Source: Crocinitomicaceae bacterium (GTDB lineage Bacteria; Bacteroidota; Bacteroidia; Flavobacteriales_D; Crocinitomicaceae). Taken from it: a stretch of DNA of 64,000 bases. The DNA lies in contig JBBDID010000061.1 of NCBI GenBank assembly GCA_040880585.1, positions 95 through 64,094 on the forward strand, read 5' to 3'. Below are positions 9,193 to 17,812 of the stretch, in pieces. The notes beneath the pieces were generated by a model, which worked only from the letters and a program-made list of their open reading frames with translations, ran no database searches and was not told the DNA's origin. Within the stretch, counting starts at the first letter, position 1. The number at the start of each line of letters is the position of its first letter. The position numbers were made by a program, and so were the translations under genes.

Positions 9193-10719
9193 ATGCAAAA
9201 AGAACACATTCTTTTATTGTTGTTGGGCTACTTTCTTGTTCTCTTGCTGATCTCTTACTTTACGGGAAGAAAAGCCGATAATGACACTTTTTTTACCGGC
9301 AACAGAAACAATAAATGGTATGTGGTTGCATTTGGGATGATTGGCGCCTCATTATCTGGGGTTACTTTCATATCAATTCCCGGAATTATTCAGGGGAGCG
9401 GGTTTACCTATCTTCAAATGGCGTTGGGTTATATTATAGGTTATGCGATTATTTCTTTTGTCCTTTTACCACTGTATTACCGTATGAATCTGACATCTAT
9501 TTATTCTTATCTCGGAAGTCGTTTTGGTCAAAAAACTTACAAAATGGGAGCCGGTTTTTTCATTGTTTCCCGTTTGATTGGAGCTGCCCTTCGGCTTTAT
9601 TTGGTGGCCAATGTCTTGCAAACCTTTGTTTTTGATCAAATAGGTGTGCCTTTTGAAGCAACTGTAGCATTGAGTATTTTACTGATTTGGGTGTACACTT
9701 TTAAAGGGGGAATAAAAACGATTATTTGGACAGACACTTTGCAAACCTTATTCATGCTCATATCCGTTGGTTTGAGTATCTACTTTATTTCTGATGACTT
9801 GAATATGGCAATAGGGGAGATTTATCCGGCAATAGATGCAGCCGGAATGGCAGATATGTGGCAAACGAAAGATCCTCTGGCTTCAGATTATTGGTGGAAA
9901 GGAGTTTTGGGCGGGATGTTTATCACCCTTGGAATGACAGGGGTAGATCAGGACATGATGCAAAAAAACCTGACGTGTAAAAACCAAACCGAGGCACAAA
10001 AAAATATGCTGAGTTTTTCTGTCGTTCTGTTTTTTGTCAATGTATTGTTTGTCACTTTGGGAGGGTTATTGTTTCTGTACATAGATGCCCGGCCTGAAAT
10101 AATGGAGCAATGGTTGACCATATCAGGAACTGAGAAAGGGGATGGAGACCTTTTGTTTGCGGTTGTCGCCTTAAAAAGTAATTTGGGATTTGCTGTCGGA
10201 ATATTCTTTTTATTGGGATTGATAGCAGCAGCTTATAGCAGTGCTGATTCAGCATTAACTGCTCTCACTACTTCTTTTTCAGTAGATTTTTTAGGAGTGA
10301 GCTCGCAGTTGGATAAAAAGAAAAGAGAAAGACAACGAAAATGGGCACATATCATCATGTCGGTGGCATTGTTAATTACCATTCTCATTTTTAAATCAAT
10401 GAAAAATGAAAGTGTGGTTTGGGAACTGTTTAAAGCAGCAAACTATACCTACGGTCCCTTATTGGGCTTATTTATGTTTGGTGTAATTTCAAAGAGGTAC
10501 GTGAATGATAGGATTACAATAGCAGTGAGCATTTTGGTGCCGATTCTAATGTACTTTGTGAACGATTTTTCTGATTTTCTATTTGGAGGATACGCTTTTG
10601 GTTCAGAATTGCTCGGAATTAATGCTGTCCTCGTATTTTTTACTTTATGGATTTTTTCTACATCCGACAAGGGATTACAACTGAATGAGGTAACACTAAA
10701 AGCAGGTAGGGAGGTGTAA
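9193..10719 (+). CDS. Sodium:solute symporter (SSF) family transporter
   Basis: Multi-pass membrane ORF with an SSF-like pattern. The ATG at 9193 (MQKEHILLL) is preferred over the TTG at 9172, which lies 22 nt from the divergent decarboxylase start. Confidence 0.75.
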   Translation: MQKEHILLLLLGYFLVLLLISYFTGRKADNDTFFTGNRNNKWYVVAFGMIGASLSGVTFISIPGIIQGSGFTYLQMALGYIIGYAIISFVLLPLYYRMNLTSIYSYLGSRFGQKTYKMGAGFFIVSRLIGAALRLYLVANVLQTFVFDQIGVPFEATVALSILLIWVYTFKGGIKTIIWTDTLQTLFMLISVGLSIYFISDDLNMAIGEIYPAIDAAGMADMWQTKDPLASDYWWKGVLGGMFITLGMTGVDQDMMQKNLTCKNQTEAQKNMLSFSVVLFFVNVLFVTLGGLLFLYIDARPEIMEQWLTISGTEKGDGDLLFAVVALKSNLGFAVGIFFLLGLIAAAYSSADSALTALTTSFSVDFLGVSSQLDKKKRERQRKWAHIIMSVALLITILIFKSMKNESVVWELFKAANYTYGPLLGLFMFGVISKRYVNDRITIAVSILVPILMYFVNDFSDFLFGGYAFGSELLGINAVLVFFTLWIFSTSDKGLQLNEVTLKAGREV

Positions 10720-10846
10720 GTTATCTACCACCAATTCGATCTAAGGAAAAAAGCTCAGGATGTCAAGACGACAGAAAATTATATTAGATATATCTTTTGA
10801 GTTAGAAAAATAGCAATTAAATTAGTAGCACATTAAAATTGAAAAT

Positions 10847-11164
10847 ATGGCAGTTGAAATAACAGACGCAAATTATGATGAGATTGTAGGGAAGGCAGAG
10901 ATGCCCGTAGTATTAGATTTTTGGGCAGCCTGGTGCGGACCCTGTAGAATGATAGGCCCTATCATTGATGAAATGCACACCGAATATGAAGGAAAAGCGA
11001 TTATCGGAAAAGTTGATGTAGATAACAATCAGGGAATCGCCGGTAAATTTGGAATTAGAAATATCCCTACTGTCGCCTTCTTAAAAAATGGAGAGATTGT
11101 AGACAAATCAGTAGGAGCAGTGCCTAAAGCTCAGCTTACTGAAAAATTAGACGCTATTTTATAA
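10847..11164 (+). CDS. trxA: Thioredoxin
   Basis: 105 aa with the WAAWCGPC active site and canonical length. Confidence 0.95.
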   Translation: MAVEITDANYDEIVGKAEMPVVLDFWAAWCGPCRMIGPIIDEMHTEYEGKAIIGKVDVDNNQGIAGKFGIRNIPTVAFLKNGEIVDKSVGAVPKAQLTEKLDAIL

Positions 11165-11191
11165 GCGATTCTCAATAATTCAAAAAAACAA

Positions 11192-11232
11192 AACGGTTTA
11201 TTTGTTATAAAAACAAGTAAGCCGTTTTTATT
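11192..11232. terminator. Bidirectional terminator hairpin between trxA and the LRR gene
   Basis: AACGGTTTATTTGTT (11192-11206) pairs with AACAAGTAAGCCGTT (11212-11226), with two G-U pairs. It is flanked by an A-run and a T-run. Confidence 0.6.
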
Positions 11233-12948
11233 TTAAAACCTTACCACGCAATCTTTGGGAACCAATGATCGGATGCGGGCTTTCTCTTTTCCGGAAAATA
11301 AATTACCGCCCAACAGTAAGGTTTTGAGATTGGTAAGTTCTCCGAGGCTTTCAGGCATAGACTTCAAGGCATTGTTTTCTAAACTCAAGTAGTAGAGATT
11401 TTGTAAATCACTAATATCTTTGGGGAGCGATTTGAGATTATTGGCGTCTAAATTTAAATAAGCCAGATTTTTGAGCTGGGTAAAACTTTTAGGTAACTTC
11501 TTGATTTGGTTACCTTGTAAATATAAACGTTGTAAGTTTTTTAAATAACCAAATTCTTCTGGTAATTTGGTCAAATAGTTCCCATCCAAACTCAAAGTAG
11601 CCAGGTTTTCTAAGTTACCAATCGTTTCAGGCAATTCTTCTAATTGATTTTCATTGATGCTCAACTCTGTAAGGTTGGTTAATGCTCCAATTTCTTCCGG
11701 TAAATCCGTCAACTGATTTTCACGTAGATTTAGTTTAGAAAGCAAGGTCAAACCGTCTATTGTTTCGGGAATTTTAGTTAATTGATTTCTGGAAAGGTCT
11801 ACTCGTAGTAAACGGTTACATTTACCAAATTCATCCGGTAATTCAGTTAATTGATTACCGCCCAAATACAAATCTTCTAATTGCAATAAATCACCAAACG
11901 TAATCGGAAGGTCAGTAATGAAATTATCTTCCAGATTCAACTTGCCCAAAGATTTTAAACCGCCTATTTCCGGAGGTAAAATAACCAGTCCGTTCGCTGC
12001 TAAATACAATTCTTTCAATTCCTTTAACTGTCCGATAGACTGAGGTAAAATCACAATTTGGTTGTGTTTGCAGTTGAGCATAACCAAACTGGAAAGATTC
12101 CCAATGTTTTGGGGAAGTTCTGTCAAATGATTGTTTTCAACATTCAGATGAGTCAATGCAAAAAGTTCGGTTATCCCATTGGGTAATTTACTTAAATCAT
12201 TCCCCTCAGCTTCCAGAAAGATCAATTCGCTTAATTGCTTAATTTTATCCGGAATCGATTTCAGTTCGCATCTGCTAATTCTTAAATCTGTTAGGGAATC
12301 AAGCGTAAATAAGTCTTTGGGTAATTTACCCAGTGGGTTGCCATTGAGGTTAAGATGGGTTAACTGCTCTAAACCCTCCATTTTTGGCAATGAATTTAAT
12401 GCATTATTTCTAAGATCTAAACGCTGAAGTTTTCTTAAGCTACCAAAGTTTTTGGGTAGACTTTTAATCTTGTTATTGTCCAGATTAAGCTCCTGAAGAT
12501 TTTTTAAGTTTCCAAATGTCTCAGGAAGTTCGGTAAGTTTATTACTGCCCAAATTCAGTTCTCTTAGTGAATCTAACTCTGCAATAGACGCTGGAACAGA
12601 AGAAAATTCATTATTATTTAAGCTTAAAACAGTGAGATGGTTTAACCGTCCTATATCATTTGGCAATCTGCTCAACTTGTTAAATGATGCATTGAGTATG
12701 GAAAGTTCTTTCAATTCAACAAAGCTTTCAGGCAAAAAGCTAAAATGATTAGCACTGATGTTTAAAGATATTAAATGACTGAGCTTTCCAAAGTCAGTAG
12801 GTAATCCGGATAAGTCATTTTCTGAAAGGTCAAGATTGATTTGCTCTTCAGGGTTTTTCAATGCCTCTTCTAATGCCGGAGAAGTGAGGTTTTGAGCCGT
12901 CGCAAGCGTGATGATCGATAGAAAAAGTAGAGTAATTTTTGTTTTCAT
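11233..12948 (-). CDS. Secreted leucine-rich-repeat (LRR) protein
   Basis: 571 aa with a signal peptide (LLFLSIITLATAQ). About 22 consecutive 23-residue units follow the pattern LxxLxLxxNxLxxLPxxIGxLxx. Confidence 0.9.
   Translation of the reverse strand: MKTKITLLFLSIITLATAQNLTSPALEEALKNPEEQINLDLSENDLSGLPTDFGKLSHLISLNISANHFSFLPESFVELKELSILNASFNKLSRLPNDIGRLNHLTVLSLNNNEFSSVPASIAELDSLRELNLGSNKLTELPETFGNLKNLQELNLDNNKIKSLPKNFGSLRKLQRLDLRNNALNSLPKMEGLEQLTHLNLNGNPLGKLPKDLFTLDSLTDLRISRCELKSIPDKIKQLSELIFLEAEGNDLSKLPNGITELFALTHLNVENNHLTELPQNIGNLSSLVMLNCKHNQIVILPQSIGQLKELKELYLAANGLVILPPEIGGLKSLGKLNLEDNFITDLPITFGDLLQLEDLYLGGNQLTELPDEFGKCNRLLRVDLSRNQLTKIPETIDGLTLLSKLNLRENQLTDLPEEIGALTNLTELSINENQLEELPETIGNLENLATLSLDGNYLTKLPEEFGYLKNLQRLYLQGNQIKKLPKSFTQLKNLAYLNLDANNLKSLPKDISDLQNLYYLSLENNALKSMPESLGELTNLKTLLLGGNLFSGKEKARIRSLVPKDCVVRF
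11316..12846 (-). repeat. Tandem 69-nt (23-codon) LRR coding repeats
   Basis: The periodic L..L.L..N.L..LP motif can be read directly in the translation. Confidence 0.85.
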
Positions 12949-13044
12949 GATATTTAAATTAAGCCTATTTTCCCCATTGTGTTAAAATATACGCAATAGG
13001 CGAAGAAATGTTATCGACAAGAATGAAGCCAAAACAGATAGGGC

Positions 13045-14613
13045 TTACCTTTCAATCGAATGTAAGTAAATATCGGGAATTTTTCTGAGATGATCCTCCA
13101 AAACTCCGTTGTCAAGAATAATAAGCTGATAACCTTGTTTTTCAGCTTTTTGAAGTTCATCTTCAGTGGGTGGGTAAGGATAAGCAATGTTATCTGTAAA
13201 AAACATAAAGGGTATATGGCCAACTAACGTCATGTTGGCATTAAAAATTACATTGCCAGAATTACCATATTTTTCTTTTATAGCCATTATAGTGGCAAGT
13301 TCTTTTAATTTTTCTTGCCGATTCGCATTGACTGCCAGAAGCTGTTTTGAATGATTGGTTTGAATGGTGTCCCATTTGAAAAAAGCAAAGGAGGGATAGG
13401 TGATCAAACCAATCATAATAAAATAGGGAAGTATTTTTGGTTTGAGGTATTTACCTAAAAACTGATAGATCTTCTCCATCACCACACCAAAGCAAATGAC
13501 CACTAAGGGCATAGAAATGATCGGAAAAGCATGCATTTTGGTGGCTGCGATTGAGTAAAAAGCATAAATAAAGAAAATATACACGCTAACGAATATCCGA
13601 AAACGGTTATTTTTCAAAAAGAATATTCCCAAAATGATAATCAATAAAAGAAGGTAAGGCATGAGGTCTCCCGAAAAATAGAGCTCTTTGAATCCAGTCG
13701 TAAAGTGATAATTCCATTCCCCTCCATGCCCTTCAACAACTTCTGAAAAATGGCTGGATGAAGCTGCTATTTCATGTTTTGCTTCTTTTGGAAAGCGAAT
13801 AAAAATATAGATCTGCCAGGGGATAAAAACAAGGAGGGAAATGAGAAAAGGCTTGATCATGACAAAATAAGAACGTATTTGATATACTCTGAATTTATTT
13901 TGAATTGTAATCAATAAAAACCAGCAGACGTAGATGACCAATCCCATTAACCACTTTACGAGTACTGCGCAACCTGCCGAAATACCCAGCCAGATCAACC
14001 ATTTTTTATCTTGTGTTTTTTGGTATTCTACCCAACATAACACACTCCAGGCAGTATAAAATAAAAAGGACATATCGTTATGATCAGTAGCATATCTTCC
14101 CGAAACCAGCTCTAAGGGGTAATGAGAGACAGTAATAAGTATCGCTGCAATAAACCCGGCCTGTTCATTTTTGATGCTTTTCCCTATTCGGTAAACGAGG
14201 TAAGTAAGTAGTGCGTGTAAAATAACAGAGGGAATCCTCACTGCTAAAGCCGTTGTTCCAAAAATTTTAATACTCAATGCCATTTGCCATAAAAAAAGCG
14301 GCTGTTTGTGTACCCATATATGATTTCCTACCCAGCTTTCAAATGAATAATCTAAAAGGGGTGTTTTATAGAGTGTTGGTTTAAAAGGGTTTTCTGCAAG
14401 ATGTTTGGCAACCAATGCATGCTGTTGCTCATCCCATAGGTTCAAAAAGGGATCGATACTAGCCATTGCGAACCCCAATACCAGAGAAGCAATGACCAAA
14501 CTGATAATTCCCCACTTTTTATTGAAATAAAAAACAACAACCGCAATCGCGATTAGAAAAAGGCCACTGAAAATGAAATAGACAATATGAGAGTCTAAGT
14601 GATGAAACATCAA
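13045..14613 (-). CDS. Glycosyltransferase family 39 / ArnT-like polytopic membrane glycosyltransferase
   Basis: 522 aa with many TM helices and a first-loop LWDEQQH (DE..H) motif typical of ArnT/PMT-type enzymes. The start overlaps the upstream GT2 stop by 4 nt. Confidence 0.65.
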   Translation of the reverse strand: MMFHHLDSHIVYFIFSGLFLIAIAVVVFYFNKKWGIISLVIASLVLGFAMASIDPFLNLWDEQQHALVAKHLAENPFKPTLYKTPLLDYSFESWVGNHIWVHKQPLFLWQMALSIKIFGTTALAVRIPSVILHALLTYLVYRIGKSIKNEQAGFIAAILITVSHYPLELVSGRYATDHNDMSFLFYTAWSVLCWVEYQKTQDKKWLIWLGISAGCAVLVKWLMGLVIYVCWFLLITIQNKFRVYQIRSYFVMIKPFLISLLVFIPWQIYIFIRFPKEAKHEIAASSSHFSEVVEGHGGEWNYHFTTGFKELYFSGDLMPYLLLLIIILGIFFLKNNRFRIFVSVYIFFIYAFYSIAATKMHAFPIISMPLVVICFGVVMEKIYQFLGKYLKPKILPYFIMIGLITYPSFAFFKWDTIQTNHSKQLLAVNANRQEKLKELATIMAIKEKYGNSGNVIFNANMTLVGHIPFMFFTDNIAYPYPPTEDELQKAEKQGYQLIILDNGVLEDHLRKIPDIYLHSIER

Positions 14614-15629
14614 TAAAAATCTTTCGTGTTTAGATCGCGAAAACTACTTACACCGCCTAAAAATTTCTTAAAGATGATATTCTTTTTATACAAGCCTTTT
14701 TTATTAAAGGATGTCGAACTCAAACTGAGCTCTTTTCGTTTGTTTTTTAATTTTCTCCAATTTCTGTAAAGGGCTATGTGTGCTCTGAAAACTGCCCAAA
14801 AGTGACGAAACTGTAGTTTGAACAAGAATAAGGTGGCAGCCAGTCCGTCCAACATCATTCGTCCAAACACTCGACTCATCCTTCCTTCATGGTTTTTAAA
14901 TATCATGAAAATGCTATTTCTGAAATTAAGGTAGGTTTTTTGAGGATTCAGATAATTCAATGTTCCGCCACCAACATGATATACTTTTGAAGATCCACAG
15001 GCAAAAACTTTTAATCCACAACGCTTCATCCTCCAGCAAAGGTCAATCTCCTCCATGTGGGCAAAAAAATCTTCGTCAAAACCATTGAAGCGGTGAAAAA
15101 CAGTAGAGCGAATGAACAGACAGGCTCCCGTTGCCCAAAACACTTCCACAGTGTCGTCATATTGACCTTTATCTTCTTCTACCTTTTCAAAAATCCTTCC
15201 TCGACAAAAAGGGAAATAATTTTTATCCAGATAACCTCCGGCAGCTCCGGCATGTTCAAATTTAGATTTGTTCTTTTGCGATAATATTTTGGGCTGAACG
15301 GCAGCAATCTCCGGGTCGGATTCCATGAGTTCAATACAAGGTGTGATCCAGTTTTCAGTGACTTCAACATCAGAATTGAGCAAGATGTAATAATCTGCAC
15401 AGATATTTTTTAAGCCGTCATTGTAGCCTTTTGCAAATCCGCCATTTTCTGAATTTTCGACAATTTTAACCTGTGGATATTCACGGCGAAGGAAAGCAAG
15501 GGAATCGTCTGTTGAGCAGTTGTCAACGACCCAAATGGTAGCTTGCTGAGAATGTAGGAGAACAGAAGGTAAGAACTGTTTCAGGTAGTTTTCCCCGTTA
15601 TAATTAAGTATGACAACTGCGACTTCCAT
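14610..15629 (-). CDS. Glycosyltransferase family 2
   Basis: VAVVILNYNG, VVDNCSTDDS and LLNSDVEV (DxD-like) motifs in a GT-A fold pattern. Confidence 0.85.
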   Translation of the reverse strand: MEVAVVILNYNGENYLKQFLPSVLLHSQQATIWVVDNCSTDDSLAFLRREYPQVKIVENSENGGFAKGYNDGLKNICADYYILLNSDVEVTENWITPCIELMESDPEIAAVQPKILSQKNKSKFEHAGAAGGYLDKNYFPFCRGRIFEKVEEDKGQYDDTVEVFWATGACLFIRSTVFHRFNGFDEDFFAHMEEIDLCWRMKRCGLKVFACGSSKVYHVGGGTLNYLNPQKTYLNFRNSIFMIFKNHEGRMSRVFGRMMLDGLAATLFLFKLQFRHFWAVFRAHIALYRNWRKLKNKRKELSLSSTSFNKKGLYKKNIIFKKFLGGVSSFRDLNTKDFY

Positions 15630-15665
15630 AGTAAATGTCGCGTGAAATTACAAAATAGCCTTGGT

Positions 15666-17120
15666 TTATCGGTCGATTTCGTTGTAATAAAGATTGGAAT
15701 TACCTCCATAATGAACAGAACCTCCGGGATCGTCTACATTGTAATTGGGAGAATCTCTTTTGTGCAAATCATTTTGCCAACGGTAGTTTTGAAGTTCACC
15801 TTGCATATCAGAATGCAGTAAAGGATAGTCATTGGTGACTAAATCAGGATTGTAAAAAACAAAGCGCACGTTTGATCGTTGCCCAATTCGGTAATAATGC
15901 CAGATTTGATAAGGGTAGGCACTAGGTTCGTTGGGACGATCAATAAATTGATCCGGAGCACCATATTTTAACCAGATTCTGCCACGATCTGTCTCCCAGG
16001 CATGCTTGATCTGAGTACCAAAAAGTTTTTCGCAATAGTAAACGGTTGATTTGTATTTTTTCCAGCCTGCTTCAGGGTTTTCAGACGCACTTTTCTTCCA
16101 AAAAGCAAAGAAGTACTTCTCCATTTTTGTCGTGTCATCTGTCTTTAGCATTTTTCGAATCGTTTCATATTCATAACGTGGACTAATTGGCATGATGCTA
16201 CCAAGGAAAAAGGGTATAGAATCACGATCTACGGCCTTCATCCATCTTTCATCAATAGTGACGTCATCAATGGTTAAATACTCTTCTTTCATATCTGACC
16301 GGCGTTGAAAAAATACCTGTTCATCTGAAATGGTGTCATTCTCTTTATTCACCACCTGAATGTTTAACTGAAAATCACCGCTGGGCACCTGATCTATTGG
16401 AAGATACCCCACCACCGGTACAATTTTCCCCGTTGTCAGTCGTTTGAATTGAAAAATACCTTCTATCGGTTGTGTAGAAAGATGTTCTGAAATGGAGTAG
16501 GTAACAAGAAATTTCTCATCTTCCCCCATTAAATCAGGAGTGTTATAGATTTCGAAATAAAATGCAATTTTCTCCATCTCAGGAGGAAAATAGTTGGTCA
16601 TATAAGGCAACAGAAAAACACCATTTTTCACAAAATTATTTCGTTCTTCTGTTGAATAGGCATGTTGAATAAAGGCCACATCTGAAAACTTAAGCCCGCC
16701 TTTTGTGAGTGGCTCTACCTTTAGACTCTGCTCTCCGGTTACAATAACGCCGGTTACTAAATCTTTCACACTTAATTCGTATTGATAGATCCCCGGTTCA
16801 AGACCGTAATTTTGAATGTCGTAGAAATCATCAACAATAGAATCTTTCATTAAAGGAGAGTCAAGCACATATTTATCTACCAATACAATTGAATCTTTTG
16901 ATTTAAAGATTTGCGTGATTTCAACAGAGGTTTTTAAGGCACCATTCTCAGCGGTTACGTATTTGAAACTCCCTCCCGCAAACTGAAGCATGGTTGATAC
17001 ATAAGGAGAGTTATCAGGGGTATAATATACTTTATAATTGAAAAATACTTTTGGCTTTGCCGAAAGCGAAGTTAGCGACAAGCTAAATACCAACAAGAAA
17101 AGAAATTTGAATTTCATCAT
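15666..17120 (-). CDS. GWxTD domain-containing secreted protein
   Basis: 484 aa with a signal peptide and the C-terminal motif AWETDRGRIWLKYGAPD (GWxTD signature). Confidence 0.8.
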   Translation of the reverse strand: MMKFKFLFLLVFSLSLTSLSAKPKVFFNYKVYYTPDNSPYVSTMLQFAGGSFKYVTAENGALKTSVEITQIFKSKDSIVLVDKYVLDSPLMKDSIVDDFYDIQNYGLEPGIYQYELSVKDLVTGVIVTGEQSLKVEPLTKGGLKFSDVAFIQHAYSTEERNNFVKNGVFLLPYMTNYFPPEMEKIAFYFEIYNTPDLMGEDEKFLVTYSISEHLSTQPIEGIFQFKRLTTGKIVPVVGYLPIDQVPSGDFQLNIQVVNKENDTISDEQVFFQRRSDMKEEYLTIDDVTIDERWMKAVDRDSIPFFLGSIMPISPRYEYETIRKMLKTDDTTKMEKYFFAFWKKSASENPEAGWKKYKSTVYYCEKLFGTQIKHAWETDRGRIWLKYGAPDQFIDRPNEPSAYPYQIWHYYRIGQRSNVRFVFYNPDLVTNDYPLLHSDMQGELQNYRWQNDLHKRDSPNYNVDDPGGSVHYGGNSNLYYNEIDR

Positions 17121-17142
17121 AGGAGTACAAGGTACAGTTTTG

Positions 17143-17173
17143 CAAAGATACGAAGGTTGGTTTTTGATTCAAA
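17143..17173 (-). promoter_or_regulatory. Putative Bacteroidota promoter for the GWxTD/GT2/GT39 operon
   Basis: On the minus strand there is a TATCTTTG -7 box (17143-17150) and a TTTG -33 element (17170-17173), 19 nt apart. The -7 box lies 22 nt upstream of the ATG. Confidence 0.4.
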
Positions 17174-17270
17174 GGATACCCTGATTTATTTAACGGTTTA
17201 AGTTTTATAAAGATAGGGAGAAGGGGAATAATTTTATAAAGAAAATGACTTGCTGTAAAAAAAATAGTAC

Positions 17271-17278
17271 TACTTTTG
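17271..17278 (+). promoter_or_regulatory. Putative -7 box (TACTTTTG) for the tRNA-Ser/tRNA-Pro transcript
   Basis: Matches TAnnTTTG and ends 4 nt before tRNA-Ser position 1. Confidence 0.45.
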
Positions 17279-17282
17279 CCCC

Positions 17283-17367
17283 GGAGAATTGGCAGAGTGG
17301 TCGAATGCGGCAGTCTTGAAAACTGTTGTACCGCAAGGTACCGGGGGTTCGAATCCCTCATTCTCCG
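17283..17367 (+). tRNA. tRNA-Ser (anticodon UGA), class II with long variable arm
   Basis: Hand-folded: acceptor GGAGAAT/ATTCTCC, anticodon loop CTTGAAA, variable arm TGTACCGCAAGGTACC, T-loop GGTTCGAATCC. CCA is not encoded. Confidence 0.9.
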
Positions 17368-17476
17368 CAATTTTTCCTTCTGTTTTACGCAGTGCATCAT
17401 TTGCTGTTTAGTAAGGGAAGTAATTTGTTCAAATGGGGGCAGATGATCAAAGAAGGAGATGGATTTTTTTACAGTT

Positions 17477-17551
17477 CGGGGTGTAGCGTAGCCCGGTTAT
17501 CGCGCCTCGTTTGGGACGAGGAGGTCGCAGGTTCGAATCCTGCCACCCCGA
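17477..17551 (+). tRNA. tRNA-Pro (anticodon UGG)
   Basis: Hand-folded: acceptor CGGGGTG/CACCCCG, anticodon stem CCTCG/CGAGG with loop TTTGGGA, T-arm GCAGGTTCGAATCCTGC. Confidence 0.9.
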
Positions 17552-17558
17552 CAGATTA

Positions 17559-17596
17559 GAAGAGCTATAACATGAAGTTATAGCTCTTCTTCATTT
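17559..17596 (+). terminator. Intrinsic terminator after the tRNA pair
   Basis: Perfect 13-bp stem GAAGAGCTATAAC (17559-17571) / GTTATAGCTCTTC (17577-17589) with a 5-nt loop, followed by TTCATTT. Confidence 0.7.
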
Positions 17597-17812
17597 ATAA
17601 AAGCAAGGCAAGATGAGAACTTATTTGAACCGGGAAGGTACGACGAACTCATAAGTTCCAGTAGGAGTGAGCTATCTTGCCATCTAACATAAAGTTTCCA
17701 ATTTAATGGGGAAATCTCACTGATGAACTTACTGTGTTTCTTTTGCCTCAGTCACACCTATTACAATGGCTGCCGAAGCGGTATGATCAGTTAGATTTAG
17801 CGCTTACTATCG

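Noticed and set aside
12949-13044. GCCTATT...AATAGGC inverted repeat as a terminator between the GT39 and LRR genes
   Set aside because: It is a 7-bp stem with a ~25-nt loop and no T-tract, which is too weak to call.
17083-17559. ORFs 17083-17400 (minus) and 17326-17559 (plus)
   Set aside because: They run through the tRNA-Ser and tRNA-Pro genes and the promoter region. The translations are low-complexity with no motifs.
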